From an uncultured delta proteobacterium (GTDB taxonomy: Bacteria; Myxococcota_A; Polyangia; Polyangiales; Polyangiaceae): a stretch of DNA of 64,000 bases. Position 1 is the first letter of the stretch, and each line of letters begins with the position of its first letter. The translations under genes and the position numbers were made by a program. The DNA lies in assembly GCA_963782055.1 (NCBI GenBank), contig CAWAIF010000003.1, positions 320,001 to 384,000 on the forward strand, in the 5' to 3' direction. Shown piece by piece: positions 32,126-40,882 of this stretch. The notes under the pieces are model-generated. The model was not told the DNA's origin, did not search any database, and saw nothing but the letters and a program-made list of their open reading frames with translations.

Positions 32126-32554
32126 ATGGTGCGTGCGCGCGCGTGGGGAGTGGTGTTGTGTCTTCTCGGATCGCTCTGGACGACGCCCGCGGGCGCGCGT
32201 GGGACGCGACACGTCGCGCTCGGCGAGGTGAACGTGGTGCCCGCGTCGCGCGCGAACATGGCGCCGCTGCTGCGCAGCACGCTGGAGCACGAGCTCGGCG
32301 CGCTGGACCTGCACGGCGCGAAGAAGGACGCGATCCTCTCGGTGTCGCTGGTGAAGCTGGACTCGGTGCCGGCGAGCGGGGGCGCGGAGGTGACGTGCGT
32401 GGTGTCCGCGACCCTGCGCGGGCCGCGGAGCGGGAGCATCTTCGCCATCCTGGAGGGGCGCGCGCGCGTCGAGGGGCCGGGCGTCGCCACGAAGGTGGCG
32501 GTGGAGAGCGCGGTGCACGGGGCGCTGGTGCGCGTCCCGGAGGCGTTGAAGTAA
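32126..32554 (+). CDS. Small secreted hypothetical protein
   Basis: Signal-like N-terminus and GC3-rich codon pattern. Confidence 0.7.
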   Translation: MVRARAWGVVLCLLGSLWTTPAGARGTRHVALGEVNVVPASRANMAPLLRSTLEHELGALDLHGAKKDAILSVSLVKLDSVPASGGAEVTCVVSATLRGPRSGSIFAILEGRARVEGPGVATKVAVESAVHGALVRVPEALK

Positions 32555-32727
32555 GGGGGGCCCCTCCTGGCGCCATGCTCGGGCTCGTGCTCCCCTTCTC
32601 GCGCGCCCTCGATCTGTGCAGGATGCACGACTCTGGTCGCGCGAGGAGGCTTGCGCGCGAGCCCTGCGCGTGGCGCCTCCTCCCCTCGGTGTCGCGCTCC
32701 GCGCGCCACACGGGGAGGATGGTGCTC
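32555..32727 (+). repeat. ~170-bp intergenic repeat, copy A (diverged)
   Basis: Begins GGGGGGCCCCTCCTGG, contains CCTCCTCCCCTCGG, ends GGGGAGGATGGTGCTC; aligns by eye with 43845-44016 and the reverse complement of 56830-57004. Confidence 0.7.
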
Positions 32728-32739
32728 GTCGGTGTGGCT

Positions 32740-32897
32740 GCCGCGGAGCGCGTCTTCCTCGCCACGCGCCCGGCGTGACGCTCGAGCGTGCGTCGCGCCA
32801 TGCCTAGCTCGTCGCAGATGCGTGTGCGCGCGGCGCCTCGCGCGCGCTCCAGGAGCACGGCCGTCTCAAGGGATGTGAGCCCGTAGGGCCCTTCCAA
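32740..32897 (-). pseudogene. LuxR-type helix-turn-helix fragment
   Basis: YGLTSLETAVLLERARGAARTRICDELGMARRTLERHAGRVARKT matches the LuxR HTH pattern. There is an in-frame TAG just upstream (32904-32906) and no stop of its own; it runs into repeat copy A. Confidence 0.45.
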
Positions 32898-33118
32898 CTC
32901 TCTCTACCCCTCGACGACGTAGCTGCCGCCCAGGAGACCGCGTGGGTCTGGGGGTTGAGCGGGGTTGTCATAGAAGGCGAGCACGGTGGCGAGGAAGGCG
33001 CTGGTCACCTTGCCGAGCAGCGGGACGTTGCACGCGAGGCGATGGCGGATGGCGTGCGGCACCATCGCGCGCGCCGTTCCGCCGTTCCGCCGGCTGCGAA
33101 CTGGTACCCCGATGGGCA

Positions 33119-34774
33119 TCACCCCTTCCGGCGGATCCCCCACAGCATCCACGCGCCGAGCACGAAGCTCGCCGCGCCCCCGATCCCCGCCAGCGCGGGC
33201 CAGAAGGGGAAGCCGAGGAGCCGGCCGTTCGCGGTCACGCCGTGGAGGAACATCGCACCAGCGATGCCCACCATGCCCAGCGCGCAGAGGCACGTCGCGA
33301 GGACCATGCCGGCGACGTCCCGGCGCGTGTCGGGATCGAGGCGCTGCTCGACGCGCGTGGTGAGCTTGCCCGCGTCCAGGCGGCCGAGCACGCGGTGCGC
33401 GAGGGGCGGGATGTCGATGAGCACGTCCTCCATCGCGACGAGGCGCAGGGCGACCTCCTGCGCGAGCTCTCTCGGGCTGAGCAGGCTCTTGCCCAGCTCC
33501 GGCGCGAACTCGCGGAAGACGACCGAGACGTCCAGGTCGGGCGACAGCGTGCGGATGGATCCCTCGAGGGTGCCGAAGGTCTTGTCCAGCAGCACCAGGT
33601 CCGGCTGGTAGTAGAGCTTCTCCTCCCGCAGGAAGTCGATGAGCGCCTCGCTCTGCTGCGCCAGCGAGGTGCTGCCGCCGCGCAGGGTGCGGAAGAGCTC
33701 GCGCAGGCGGCGCGAGAGGTGGAGCAGGTCGACGTCGTAGTCGACCACGCCGTGCTGCAGCAGCGCCCGCGCCAGGGCGTCGTAGTCGCGTCGCGCCATG
33801 GCGATGGCGATCGCCCGGAGCATCTGCATGGTCTGCCGGTCGAAGCGACCGACCATGCCGAAGTCGATGAGGGCGAGGCGCTGATCGCCCTGCACCAGGA
33901 GGTTGCCGGGGTGCGGGTCGGCGTGGAAGAGGCCGTCGTGGAAGACGGTGTGGAGCGTCACGCGCGAGATGAGCTCGGCGAGCTTCTTGCGGTCGTAGCC
34001 GCGGTCCTTGATGACGTCGATGTCGCTGACCTTCACCCCGTCGAAGTACTCCATGGTGAGCACGCGGCGCGCGGTGTGGTCCCAGTGCACCTCCGCGACG
34101 CTCACGCCGTCGAACGTCTCCAGGTTCTTGCGGAACTCCTCGGTCAGGTGCGCCTCGGTGGTGAAGTCAATCTCCCGCATGATGGAGCGGTCGAACTCCT
34201 GCACCAGCAGCACCGGGTCGGCCATCTCGGCGATGGAGGTGAGGCTGCGCGCCAGGCGGGCGAAGTCGTAGAGGATGGAGAGGTCGGCGCGGATGGTCGC
34301 CTCGATGCCCGGCCGCTGCACCTTCACGGCCACGCGGGTGCCGTCCTCGAGCGTGGCGCGGTGCACCTGGCCGATGCTCGCGGCCGCGAGCGCCTCCTCC
34401 TCGAAGTCGGCGAAGAGCTCGCCGAGCGGCTTGCCAAGCTCCTCCTCCACGGTCTTCTTGATCTCGGCGAAGGGCACGGGCGAGACGTGGTCCTGCAGCT
34501 TCTTCAGCTCGGCGATGTAGTCGCGCGGGATCATGTCCGGGCGCGTCGAGAGGATCTGTCCGAGCTTCACGAAGGTCGGTCCCAGGTCCTCCAGGTACGC
34601 GCGGATGCGCTCAGGCATCGTCATCGCGTGGCTCGCCTCGCTGGGTTTCGCGGCGTCCCCGCTGGGCAGCAGCCGGCTCAGCCCGACCTTGTCGAAGAAC
34701 CAGCCGAAGTCGTGCTTCGCGCCCAGCGCGACGATCTGCGCGTAGCGCTTGTACCGTGAGACCTCCTCGGACAT
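33119..34774 (-). CDS. ABC1/AarF/UbiB-family atypical kinase
   Basis: LGPTFVKLGQILSTRPD, AAASIGQVHRA, VAVKVQRPG, FHADPHPGN, IDFGM; C-terminal TM segments. Confidence 0.93.
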   Translation of the reverse strand: MSEEVSRYKRYAQIVALGAKHDFGWFFDKVGLSRLLPSGDAAKPSEASHAMTMPERIRAYLEDLGPTFVKLGQILSTRPDMIPRDYIAELKKLQDHVSPVPFAEIKKTVEEELGKPLGELFADFEEEALAAASIGQVHRATLEDGTRVAVKVQRPGIEATIRADLSILYDFARLARSLTSIAEMADPVLLVQEFDRSIMREIDFTTEAHLTEEFRKNLETFDGVSVAEVHWDHTARRVLTMEYFDGVKVSDIDVIKDRGYDRKKLAELISRVTLHTVFHDGLFHADPHPGNLLVQGDQRLALIDFGMVGRFDRQTMQMLRAIAIAMARRDYDALARALLQHGVVDYDVDLLHLSRRLRELFRTLRGGSTSLAQQSEALIDFLREEKLYYQPDLVLLDKTFGTLEGSIRTLSPDLDVSVVFREFAPELGKSLLSPRELAQEVALRLVAMEDVLIDIPPLAHRVLGRLDAGKLTTRVEQRLDPDTRRDVAGMVLATCLCALGMVGIAGAMFLHGVTANGRLLGFPFWPALAGIGGAASFVLGAWMLWGIRRKG

Positions 34775-34877
34775 GGGCTGAAGTTACAGGGGAATGGTCG
34801 AGCCCGCACCCCTTGCGCCCCTCGTCGGCTCCCATCGTTCGCCGACCCGCCGTCGCGGGCGGCCGGAGGATCTCTAC

Positions 34878-35162
34878 ATGTCGATGCAGTCTCAGCCGCA
34901 CCACCACGAGAGCCGCAGGGCCGTCCATCAGGGCGCCGTCCTGCTCGATGTCCGCACGCGCGCGGAGTTCCACGCCGGGCACCTGCCCGGCGCCGTCAAC
35001 ATCCCGGTCGACGAGCTCCACGGTCGCGCCCACGAGCTGCGCGCGCGCTCGGCGGCGGTGGTGGTGTACTGCCGGTCCGGGGGGCGCAGCGCGACGGCGG
35101 CGTCGGTGCTGCGCGGACACGGCTACACCGTGTTCGACCTGGGCGCGATGCACAACTGGTGA
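34878..35162 (+). CDS. Single-domain rhodanese-like sulfurtransferase
   Basis: GGAGGA RBS before ATG 34878; LLDVRT..EF..GHLPGAVNIP, VVYCRSGGRS. Confidence 0.9.
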   Translation: MSMQSQPHHHESRRAVHQGAVLLDVRTRAEFHAGHLPGAVNIPVDELHGRAHELRARSAAVVVYCRSGGRSATAASVLRGHGYTVFDLGAMHNW

Positions 35163-35230
35163 TTGGCGCCACGCGGCCCCCGCTGGCCGTCCGGATGGAA
35201 CCGCGATAGCCTCCTTGAATGGGAGGTCCG

Positions 35231-35512
35231 ATGAAGCGCCGCAAGCGATTTGCATTCGTCCCGCGGTCGGTGATCGGGGCGAGCTTCGGCGCGGTGGTGC
35301 CCGCGATCGCGCTCTGGGGCCTGGAGGCCTGCTCGAGCAGCGGGCCGGTCATCGGCGTGGCAGGGGTCGCCTACTGCTGCTTCGAGGCCGGCGTGGCGGC
35401 CGACGCGTTCGGCGGCGACGCCTCCGATGGCGGCGACGCGCAGGGCGACGCCCAGGCTGCCGACGCCCAGGACGCGGCGGACGCACCCGGCGACGCGCCA
35501 GGGGACGGATGA
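35231..35512 (+). CDS. 93-aa lipoprotein-like peptide, candidate precursor A1
   Basis: GGAGGT RBS; basic N-terminus, hydrophobic stretch, LEAC; core GVAGVAYCCFEAGVAADAF; acidic Asp/Ala/Gly tail. Confidence 0.8.
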   Translation: MKRRKRFAFVPRSVIGASFGAVVPAIALWGLEACSSSGPVIGVAGVAYCCFEAGVAADAFGGDASDGGDAQGDAQAADAQDAADAPGDAPGDG

Positions 35513-35793
35513 AGAGGCCGACGCGCGCCAAGCGCCCCCGCGTGGTCCCCGGCCTGGTGCTCAGCGCCGGGTTCCTCGGCGTCGTCCCTGCCTGCGCGAT
35601 GGTCGCCTGCGGCGGGACGGAGGTCTCCACCAAGGACGGGGGCACCGACGCCGCGCCCGACCAGTTCCTCGGCGTGGGCGCGGTGGCGTACTGCTGCTTC
35701 GACGCCAGCGTCGCCGTGGTCGGCTTCGACGCCGAGGCCGACGCCGCTGACGCCAGCGACGGCGAGCCGGGCGACGCCGCCGACGGAGGCTGA
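35509..35793 (+). CDS. 94-aa lipoprotein-like peptide, candidate precursor A2 (paralog of A1)
   Basis: ATGA overlap with A1; hidden at the 3' end of track ORF 34756..35793. MKRPTRAKRPRVVPGLVLSAGFLGVVPACAMVAC...GVGAVAYCCFDASVAVVGF, acidic tail. Confidence 0.8.
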   Translation: MKRPTRAKRPRVVPGLVLSAGFLGVVPACAMVACGGTEVSTKDGGTDAAPDQFLGVGAVAYCCFDASVAVVGFDAEADAADASDGEPGDAADGG

Positions 35794-35799
35794 GCGGGC

Positions 35800-36633
35800 G
35801 TGCGGATCCGGCGCGTGCTCACCAACACGCCGCTCGCGCGCGTGCACGAGCGCACCATCCTGCAGCGCGGCCCGCGCAAAGGGACCGCGGTACCGTGGGC
35901 GTCCTTCCGCCGCGAGCGCTACCCCGCTCCGGCGCTCGCCCTGTCATACGACGCGCAGCGCATGCTCGCGCTCGGCGAGTACTCCGCGGTCAGCCTCTTC
36001 GCCCGCTTCGTCGACGGTCTGACGCGCGCCGCCGCACCGTTCGACCTCGTCTCCGCCGCGGCGCGCGTGCCGAGCGACGAGATCCGCCACGCCGACCTCG
36101 CCTTTCGCTTCGCCGCGCTGTGCGCCGGCCGGGAGGTGTCGGTGGAGGCGGGCAAGCAGCACATGACCTCGCGCTTCGACGGCGCCATGAGCCTCGACGA
36201 GCTCGACGACTTCGCCGTCGAGGTCATCGCCGTCGGCGAGACGCTCGCGTGCGCGCTGCTCTCCGCGTGCCTGGAGGGCGCGAAGGATCCCGTGGCCCAC
36301 GCGGTCTACTCCAACATCGTCGCCGACGAGGTGCACCACGCCCGCCTCGGCTGGTACTACCTTCTCTGGCGCGCCCCGCAGTGGACGGGGGCGGAGCGCC
36401 AGCGCGTCGCCGACCACGCCGGGGGGATCGTCGCGCAGGTGGAGACGCGCTTCGCCACGGGGCGCGACGCGCCGCGCGGGGCGCAGAAGGCGGCCCGCAG
36501 CCTCGGCGTGCTGGACACCGCGCGCCAGCGCAAGGTCGTCGCCGGCGTGATGGCGCGCGAGATCGTGCCGGGGCTGGACGGCCTGGGCCTTGGCGCCTCG
36601 CACGCGTGGCGGGTCCGGAAGCGCATCGCGTGA
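35800..36633 (+). CDS. Ferritin-like di-iron carboxylate protein
   Basis: Two E...ExxH ligand sets: LGEYSA...SDEIRHA and VGETLA...ADEVHHA. Confidence 0.82.
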   Translation: MRIRRVLTNTPLARVHERTILQRGPRKGTAVPWASFRRERYPAPALALSYDAQRMLALGEYSAVSLFARFVDGLTRAAAPFDLVSAAARVPSDEIRHADLAFRFAALCAGREVSVEAGKQHMTSRFDGAMSLDELDDFAVEVIAVGETLACALLSACLEGAKDPVAHAVYSNIVADEVHHARLGWYYLLWRAPQWTGAERQRVADHAGGIVAQVETRFATGRDAPRGAQKAARSLGVLDTARQRKVVAGVMAREIVPGLDGLGLGASHAWRVRKRIA

Positions 36634-38033
36634 CGTCGGTGCGAGCCGCACGCCCGGTGGTGATCGGCGCCTCGCTGGTGTGTCTCGGCCGCCCCCTCCG
36701 GCCGCGTGAGCGCGAGAGGCTCCGCGCGTACCTGCGGCGTGCGCTGGCGTGGCAGCGCCGCCTACGCGGATTCCCCGCCCCCATGAGCGTCGCGCCCGAC
36801 GCCACCCCCTACGTCTCCATCTACGCGAGCGGCGCGCTTCGCGGTTGCTACGGCACGCAGGAGGGCGCTGCGGGCGAGCGGGTGGCGCGGGCGGTGCTGC
36901 TCGCCCTCCACGACAGACGCTACGGCGGCATCGCGCCGGCCGAGCGGGCGCACCTGGACGCCGAGATCGCGTACGTCACCGGGGCGCGACCCGCCCGCGC
37001 CGACGAGGCGGAGGCGAGGCTCGAGCCGGGCGTGCAGGGCGTCGCGCTCGCGGAGGGCGGCGCCGCGACGCTTCTGCTGCCGTCGGTCGCCAGGGAGCAC
37101 GGACACGACGCGCGCGCCACGCTCGACCTGCTCGCGCGCAAGGCCGGATACGAAGGTGGGCTCGGCGGCGAGGGTCTGGTCTGGATCGTCGACGTGGAGG
37201 CGGTGTCGACCCACGGCGCCGTCGCGCGGGATGCGAGGGTCGCGGCGCGGCGGTGGCTGGAGTCGCTCGTCGCCGTCGATGGCGCCCTCGCCTTCGAGCG
37301 CGTGCCCGGCTCCGGCGCGCGCGTCGCGAGCGGTCTCATGCGGCACGGGCGGATCGCCGTCGCGGTGGAGGCGCTCGCCGCGCTGCGCTCGCCGAAGGCG
37401 GGGCGCGCACGGGACTGGCTGGCGCGAGAGATCGCGCGCGGGCTGCGCCGTCCTTCGGACGTGCTCGGCTGGCCGGAGCGCGCCGACATGACGCTGGGCA
37501 CGCTCGCCCTCGCCGCGCGCGCCGGTGTGGCGGTGCCGCTGGCGGAGGCGGCGGCCGCTGCCGACCCGGCCACGGTGTCGCCGTGGCACGCCGCGCAGGT
37601 CGCGGCCACGCTGGGGACCAAGACCCCGACCGCCCTGTGGGAGCGCTGCGTCGCCGACCTGGAGGCCCGGCCCTTCGCGCCGTACCTGACGATGGCCGCG
37701 CGGCGGCGGGGGGACGCGCGTGTGCTCGAGCGCACGGCCGGAGCGCTTGAGGCGGCGCTGTCCGCCGAGGCCCCCTTCGCCGGCGGCGCCCACGTCACGC
37801 CCGTCCCCGAGACGGCGCTGACTGCCGTCGCCGTGGAGGCGCTCGCCGGTCTGCCCACGCGCGAGGCGCGGCGGGCCGTCGTCCGGGGTCGCGCCTTCCT
37901 CGCCGCGCGGCAGGTGCTCGACGTGCCCGCCGCGATGCACCCGAGCGCGCTCGGCGCCTTCCGCGCCTCCCCCGTCGCCCCGATCCTGCGCTGTGACGTC
38001 ACCGCGCACGCCGCGCTCGCGTGCTTCGGCTAG
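36630..38033 (+). CDS. AMMECR1-domain + alpha/alpha-barrel fusion protein (copy 1)
   Basis: GTGA overlap. YVSIYASGALRGCYG, DRRY, LEPGVQGV, LLLPSVA..., LARKAG match AMMECR1; helical C-terminal half ends FLAARQ...GAFRASP...LRCDVTAH. Confidence 0.8.
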   Translation: MTSVRAARPVVIGASLVCLGRPLRPRERERLRAYLRRALAWQRRLRGFPAPMSVAPDATPYVSIYASGALRGCYGTQEGAAGERVARAVLLALHDRRYGGIAPAERAHLDAEIAYVTGARPARADEAEARLEPGVQGVALAEGGAATLLLPSVAREHGHDARATLDLLARKAGYEGGLGGEGLVWIVDVEAVSTHGAVARDARVAARRWLESLVAVDGALAFERVPGSGARVASGLMRHGRIAVAVEALAALRSPKAGRARDWLAREIARGLRRPSDVLGWPERADMTLGTLALAARAGVAVPLAEAAAAADPATVSPWHAAQVAATLGTKTPTALWERCVADLEARPFAPYLTMAARRRGDARVLERTAGALEAALSAEAPFAGGAHVTPVPETALTAVAVEALAGLPTREARRAVVRGRAFLAARQVLDVPAAMHPSALGAFRASPVAPILRCDVTAHAALACFG

Positions 38034-38072
38034 CCGGCGAACCGGTTGGGCCGCTCGTCGGCTCCCACAGGC

Positions 38073-38906
38073 ATGTGCGAGCTGCTGGCCATGTCGGCGC
38101 GGTTCCCGACGACGCTGCGTCTCTCGCTCGACGAGCTGGCGCGGCACGGCGGCGGGACCGGCCCGCACGCGGACGGCTGGGGCATCGCGGCGATCCAGGA
38201 CGGCGACGCCTTCGTCATCCGCGAGCCGGAGGCCGCCCACGGCAGCGCCTGGGTGCGCCTCTTCGAGGAGCGGGAGGTGCGCTGCGCCTCCGCCATCGCC
38301 CACGTCCGCAAGGCGACGCAGGGCGCGCGCGCGCTGCGCAACACGCAACCCTTCGCGCGGGAGCTGGGCGGCAGCATGCACGTCTTCGCCCACAACGGGA
38401 TGCTCTCCGGCATCGAGACGGACCCGCGCTTCGTCTCCCGGCGCTTCCGGCGCGTCGGGGAGACGGACTCGGAGCACGCGTTCTGCGCGCTGCTCGAGCG
38501 CCTCGCCCCGCTCTGGGAGGAGGGCACGCCCTCGGTCGACGCGCGCGTGCACGTGATGACCTCCTTCGCCGCGGACCTGCGGGCGCTCGGCCCGGCGAAC
38601 TTCCTGTACTCCGACGGCGAGCTGCTCGTGGCGCACGGCCACAAGCGGCACCACCCCGACGGCCAGATCCGCGCGCCTGGGCTGCACATCCTCCGGCGAA
38701 GGTGCACCTGCGTCGAGGACGCGGTGCCCCGCGGCGCCGGGGTGAATGGCGGCGAGGACGCCGGGCGCGACGCGCTCCAGTCGGTCGCGCTGATCGCGAG
38801 CGTCCCGCTCAGCGCCGAGCCGTGGGAGCCGCTCGGCGAGGGCGACGTGGTGGTCCTCCGCGGGGGGAGCCCGATTCTGCGCGTGCCGGCCCGCGCCGCC
38901 GCGTGA
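38073..38906 (+). CDS. Class II glutamine amidotransferase-like Ntn-hydrolase (YafJ/EgtC-type)
   Basis: Met-Cys start MCELLAM; HADGWG, IAHVRKAT, NTQPF, FAHNG, GETDSE. Confidence 0.92.
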   Translation: MCELLAMSARFPTTLRLSLDELARHGGGTGPHADGWGIAAIQDGDAFVIREPEAAHGSAWVRLFEEREVRCASAIAHVRKATQGARALRNTQPFARELGGSMHVFAHNGMLSGIETDPRFVSRRFRRVGETDSEHAFCALLERLAPLWEEGTPSVDARVHVMTSFAADLRALGPANFLYSDGELLVAHGHKRHHPDGQIRAPGLHILRRRCTCVEDAVPRGAGVNGGEDAGRDALQSVALIASVPLSAEPWEPLGEGDVVVLRGGSPILRVPARAAA

Positions 38907-38966
38907 CATAGTTCCCCCCGAACGGAGAAGGCATGACCACCCCCGAGGATTCTACGCACCGCCACC

Positions 38967-39947
38967 ATGAAGCAGGCGCAGGGCGCCATGGCGCTGGACG
39001 TCGCCTTCGTCGGCGTCGTCAACCGCCTCTTCGAGGCGCTCGCGTCCGGCGACCAGACGGCGCCCGCGCTCGCGGAGCGGGCGAAGGTGGACGCCGGCTA
39101 CGTGGAGCGCTGGTGTCAGGCGGCGTACGCCTTCGGCTACCTGGAAGCACACGAGGGCCGCTTCGGCCTCTCCGAGCCGGGCCGCGCCTTCCTGCCCGAC
39201 GCGCCGGGGTCGCTGATGCCCTTCGCGGTCGGCGCGGTGCTGGGCGCGCACATGGCGGAGCGCGCCGCCGGGCTGATGCGAACCGGCGAGCGCCCAGGGG
39301 AGAGCGTGCTCGCCGAGCGGGAGACCATCCTCCCGTGGTTCGGCCCGATGCTGGAGTCCACCTTCGGCGCTCTCTTCGAGCGAGAGGTCCTGCCGAACGT
39401 GCCGGCGTTCGGCGAGCTGGACGCGCGCGGCGGCGTCGCGGTCGATCTCGGCTGCGGTAACGGCTGGTACCTGCGCAAGCTGGCGAAGCGCTTCCCGCAC
39501 GTGCGCGGCGTCGGCCTGGACGGCTTCGAGGAGAACGTCCGCCAGGCGAGCGAGCGCGCCCGCGCGGAGGGGCTCGGCGATCGCCTGCGCTTCGTCGCGG
39601 GGGACATCTACCACTACACCGTCGGCGAGCCGGCGGACCTCATCGCGATGAACCGCGCCCTGCACCACGTGTGGGATCAGAAGGAGCGCGTCTTCGGCAT
39701 CCTGCGCGACACCCTGCGCCCTGGCGGCGTGGCGGTCATCTGGGAGCCGGCGTGGCCCGCCGACCTCACCGCGCTGCGCGATCCTCGCCGCCGGGCGATG
39801 GCCTTCCAGAACCTGAACGAGCACGTGCAGGGCAACCACTTCCTGCGCCCGGACGAGATCGAGGCGGCCTTCCGCGCCGTCGGCATGCAGGCCTCCACCC
39901 ACCTCTTCGTCGAGGGCACCGAGGCGGTCGTGGTGGCGCGCCGCTGA
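38967..39947 (+). CDS. Class I SAM-dependent methyltransferase with N-terminal wHTH
   Basis: VDLGCGNG, YVERWCQAAY. The true start is probably ATG 38933 with a 1-nt frameshift (see findings). Confidence 0.88.
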   Translation: MKQAQGAMALDVAFVGVVNRLFEALASGDQTAPALAERAKVDAGYVERWCQAAYAFGYLEAHEGRFGLSEPGRAFLPDAPGSLMPFAVGAVLGAHMAERAAGLMRTGERPGESVLAERETILPWFGPMLESTFGALFEREVLPNVPAFGELDARGGVAVDLGCGNGWYLRKLAKRFPHVRGVGLDGFEENVRQASERARAEGLGDRLRFVAGDIYHYTVGEPADLIAMNRALHHVWDQKERVFGILRDTLRPGGVAVIWEPAWPADLTALRDPRRRAMAFQNLNEHVQGNHFLRPDEIEAAFRAVGMQASTHLFVEGTEAVVVARR

Positions 39948-39950
39948 ACC

Positions 39951-40757
39951 TCAGTTCGCGACGCCCAGCGTCATCAGCTTCACCACGTCGAAGCCGGTGA
40001 CGATGCCGACGAGCTTGCGGTTCTCCGTCGCCAGGATGCGCCGCACGCGCATCTCGATGGCGTGGCCCGCCACGCGATAGAGCGGTGTGTGCACGTTCAG
40101 ACAGATGGTCTCGTAGCTCATCACGCCCTCGACCGGCGTCTCCAGCAGGTCCGGCGGGAGGGCGCGCGCCTTGATGGCCTCGGTGTGGGTGAAGACCCCC
40201 ACCGGCCAGTCGCCGTCCACCACCACCAGGCCGTGGACGTTGGCGTCGGCCAGGCGATCGACCGCGGTGGCGATGCTGTCGCCCACGTCGACGGTGATGA
40301 CCGGCGCGCTCAGCACCCGCGCGAGGGGCTCCTCCACGCGGTAGGAGCGCACCGCCCGCATGGCGTCGCGGGTGGTGAGCATCCCGACCGGCGTCTCCCC
40401 GCGCACCACCACCACCCCGTGGATGCGGTGCTCCACCATGGAGCTCGCTGCGTCGCGCAGTGAATCGGTCTCCGCGATGGCGACCACCGGGGCTCGCATC
40501 ACCTCGCGCGCCAGGTGCGGCAGCGCCGTGATGCGCACGACGTCTCCCGGCCGGCGCAGCTCCAGGCGCGCCACGCGGAGCAGGTCGGTCGTCGAGAGGA
40601 TCCCGGTGAGCACCGAGCCCTCCACCACCGGGACCGCCGTGATGTCCTGGCGCTCGAGGAGTCGCTGCACCTCGGTGAGGGGCGTCTCCGGCCGTACGGT
40701 CACCAGGCTGCCGGACTGGTAGTCGCGGACCTGGATGGTGCTCCAGTCAGGGGTCAC
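39951..40757 (-). CDS. Four-CBS-domain protein
   Basis: GTG 40757; repeated CBS units (VPVVEG..LTGILSTTDL, VGMLTTRDA, VGVFTHTEA, LVGIVTGFDV). Confidence 0.85.
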   Translation of the reverse strand: MTPDWSTIQVRDYQSGSLVTVRPETPLTEVQRLLERQDITAVPVVEGSVLTGILSTTDLLRVARLELRRPGDVVRITALPHLAREVMRAPVVAIAETDSLRDAASSMVEHRIHGVVVVRGETPVGMLTTRDAMRAVRSYRVEEPLARVLSAPVITVDVGDSIATAVDRLADANVHGLVVVDGDWPVGVFTHTEAIKARALPPDLLETPVEGVMSYETICLNVHTPLYRVAGHAIEMRVRRILATENRKLVGIVTGFDVVKLMTLGVAN

Positions 40758-40882
40758 GCCCCCTGTCGATGCACACTTCGCGCCGTCGCGGTCCTTGCGA
40801 CAAAGCGGCCTCTGGTCCTCCCCGCCGGCACGCCTTGCGCCTCCCGGCGCGGCTCGTGCGCGGGAGAGAGGGCCGGAGGCGC

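Noticed and set aside
29616..32897. Apparent LuxR-HTH::GH31 fusion of 1093 aa
   Set aside because: The frame merely stays open across a repeat and the antisense of gene 32126-32554; GH31 has its own signal peptide starting at 32012.
32898..32912. In-frame TAG as possible pyrrolysine or readthrough codon
   Set aside because: The flanking peptides look like unrelated fragments and no pyl genes are visible; decay is the simpler explanation.
34756..35793. 345-aa ORF spanning the rhodanese and peptide genes
   Set aside because: Only the last 94 codons (from ATG 35509) look real; the rest is off-frame overlap.
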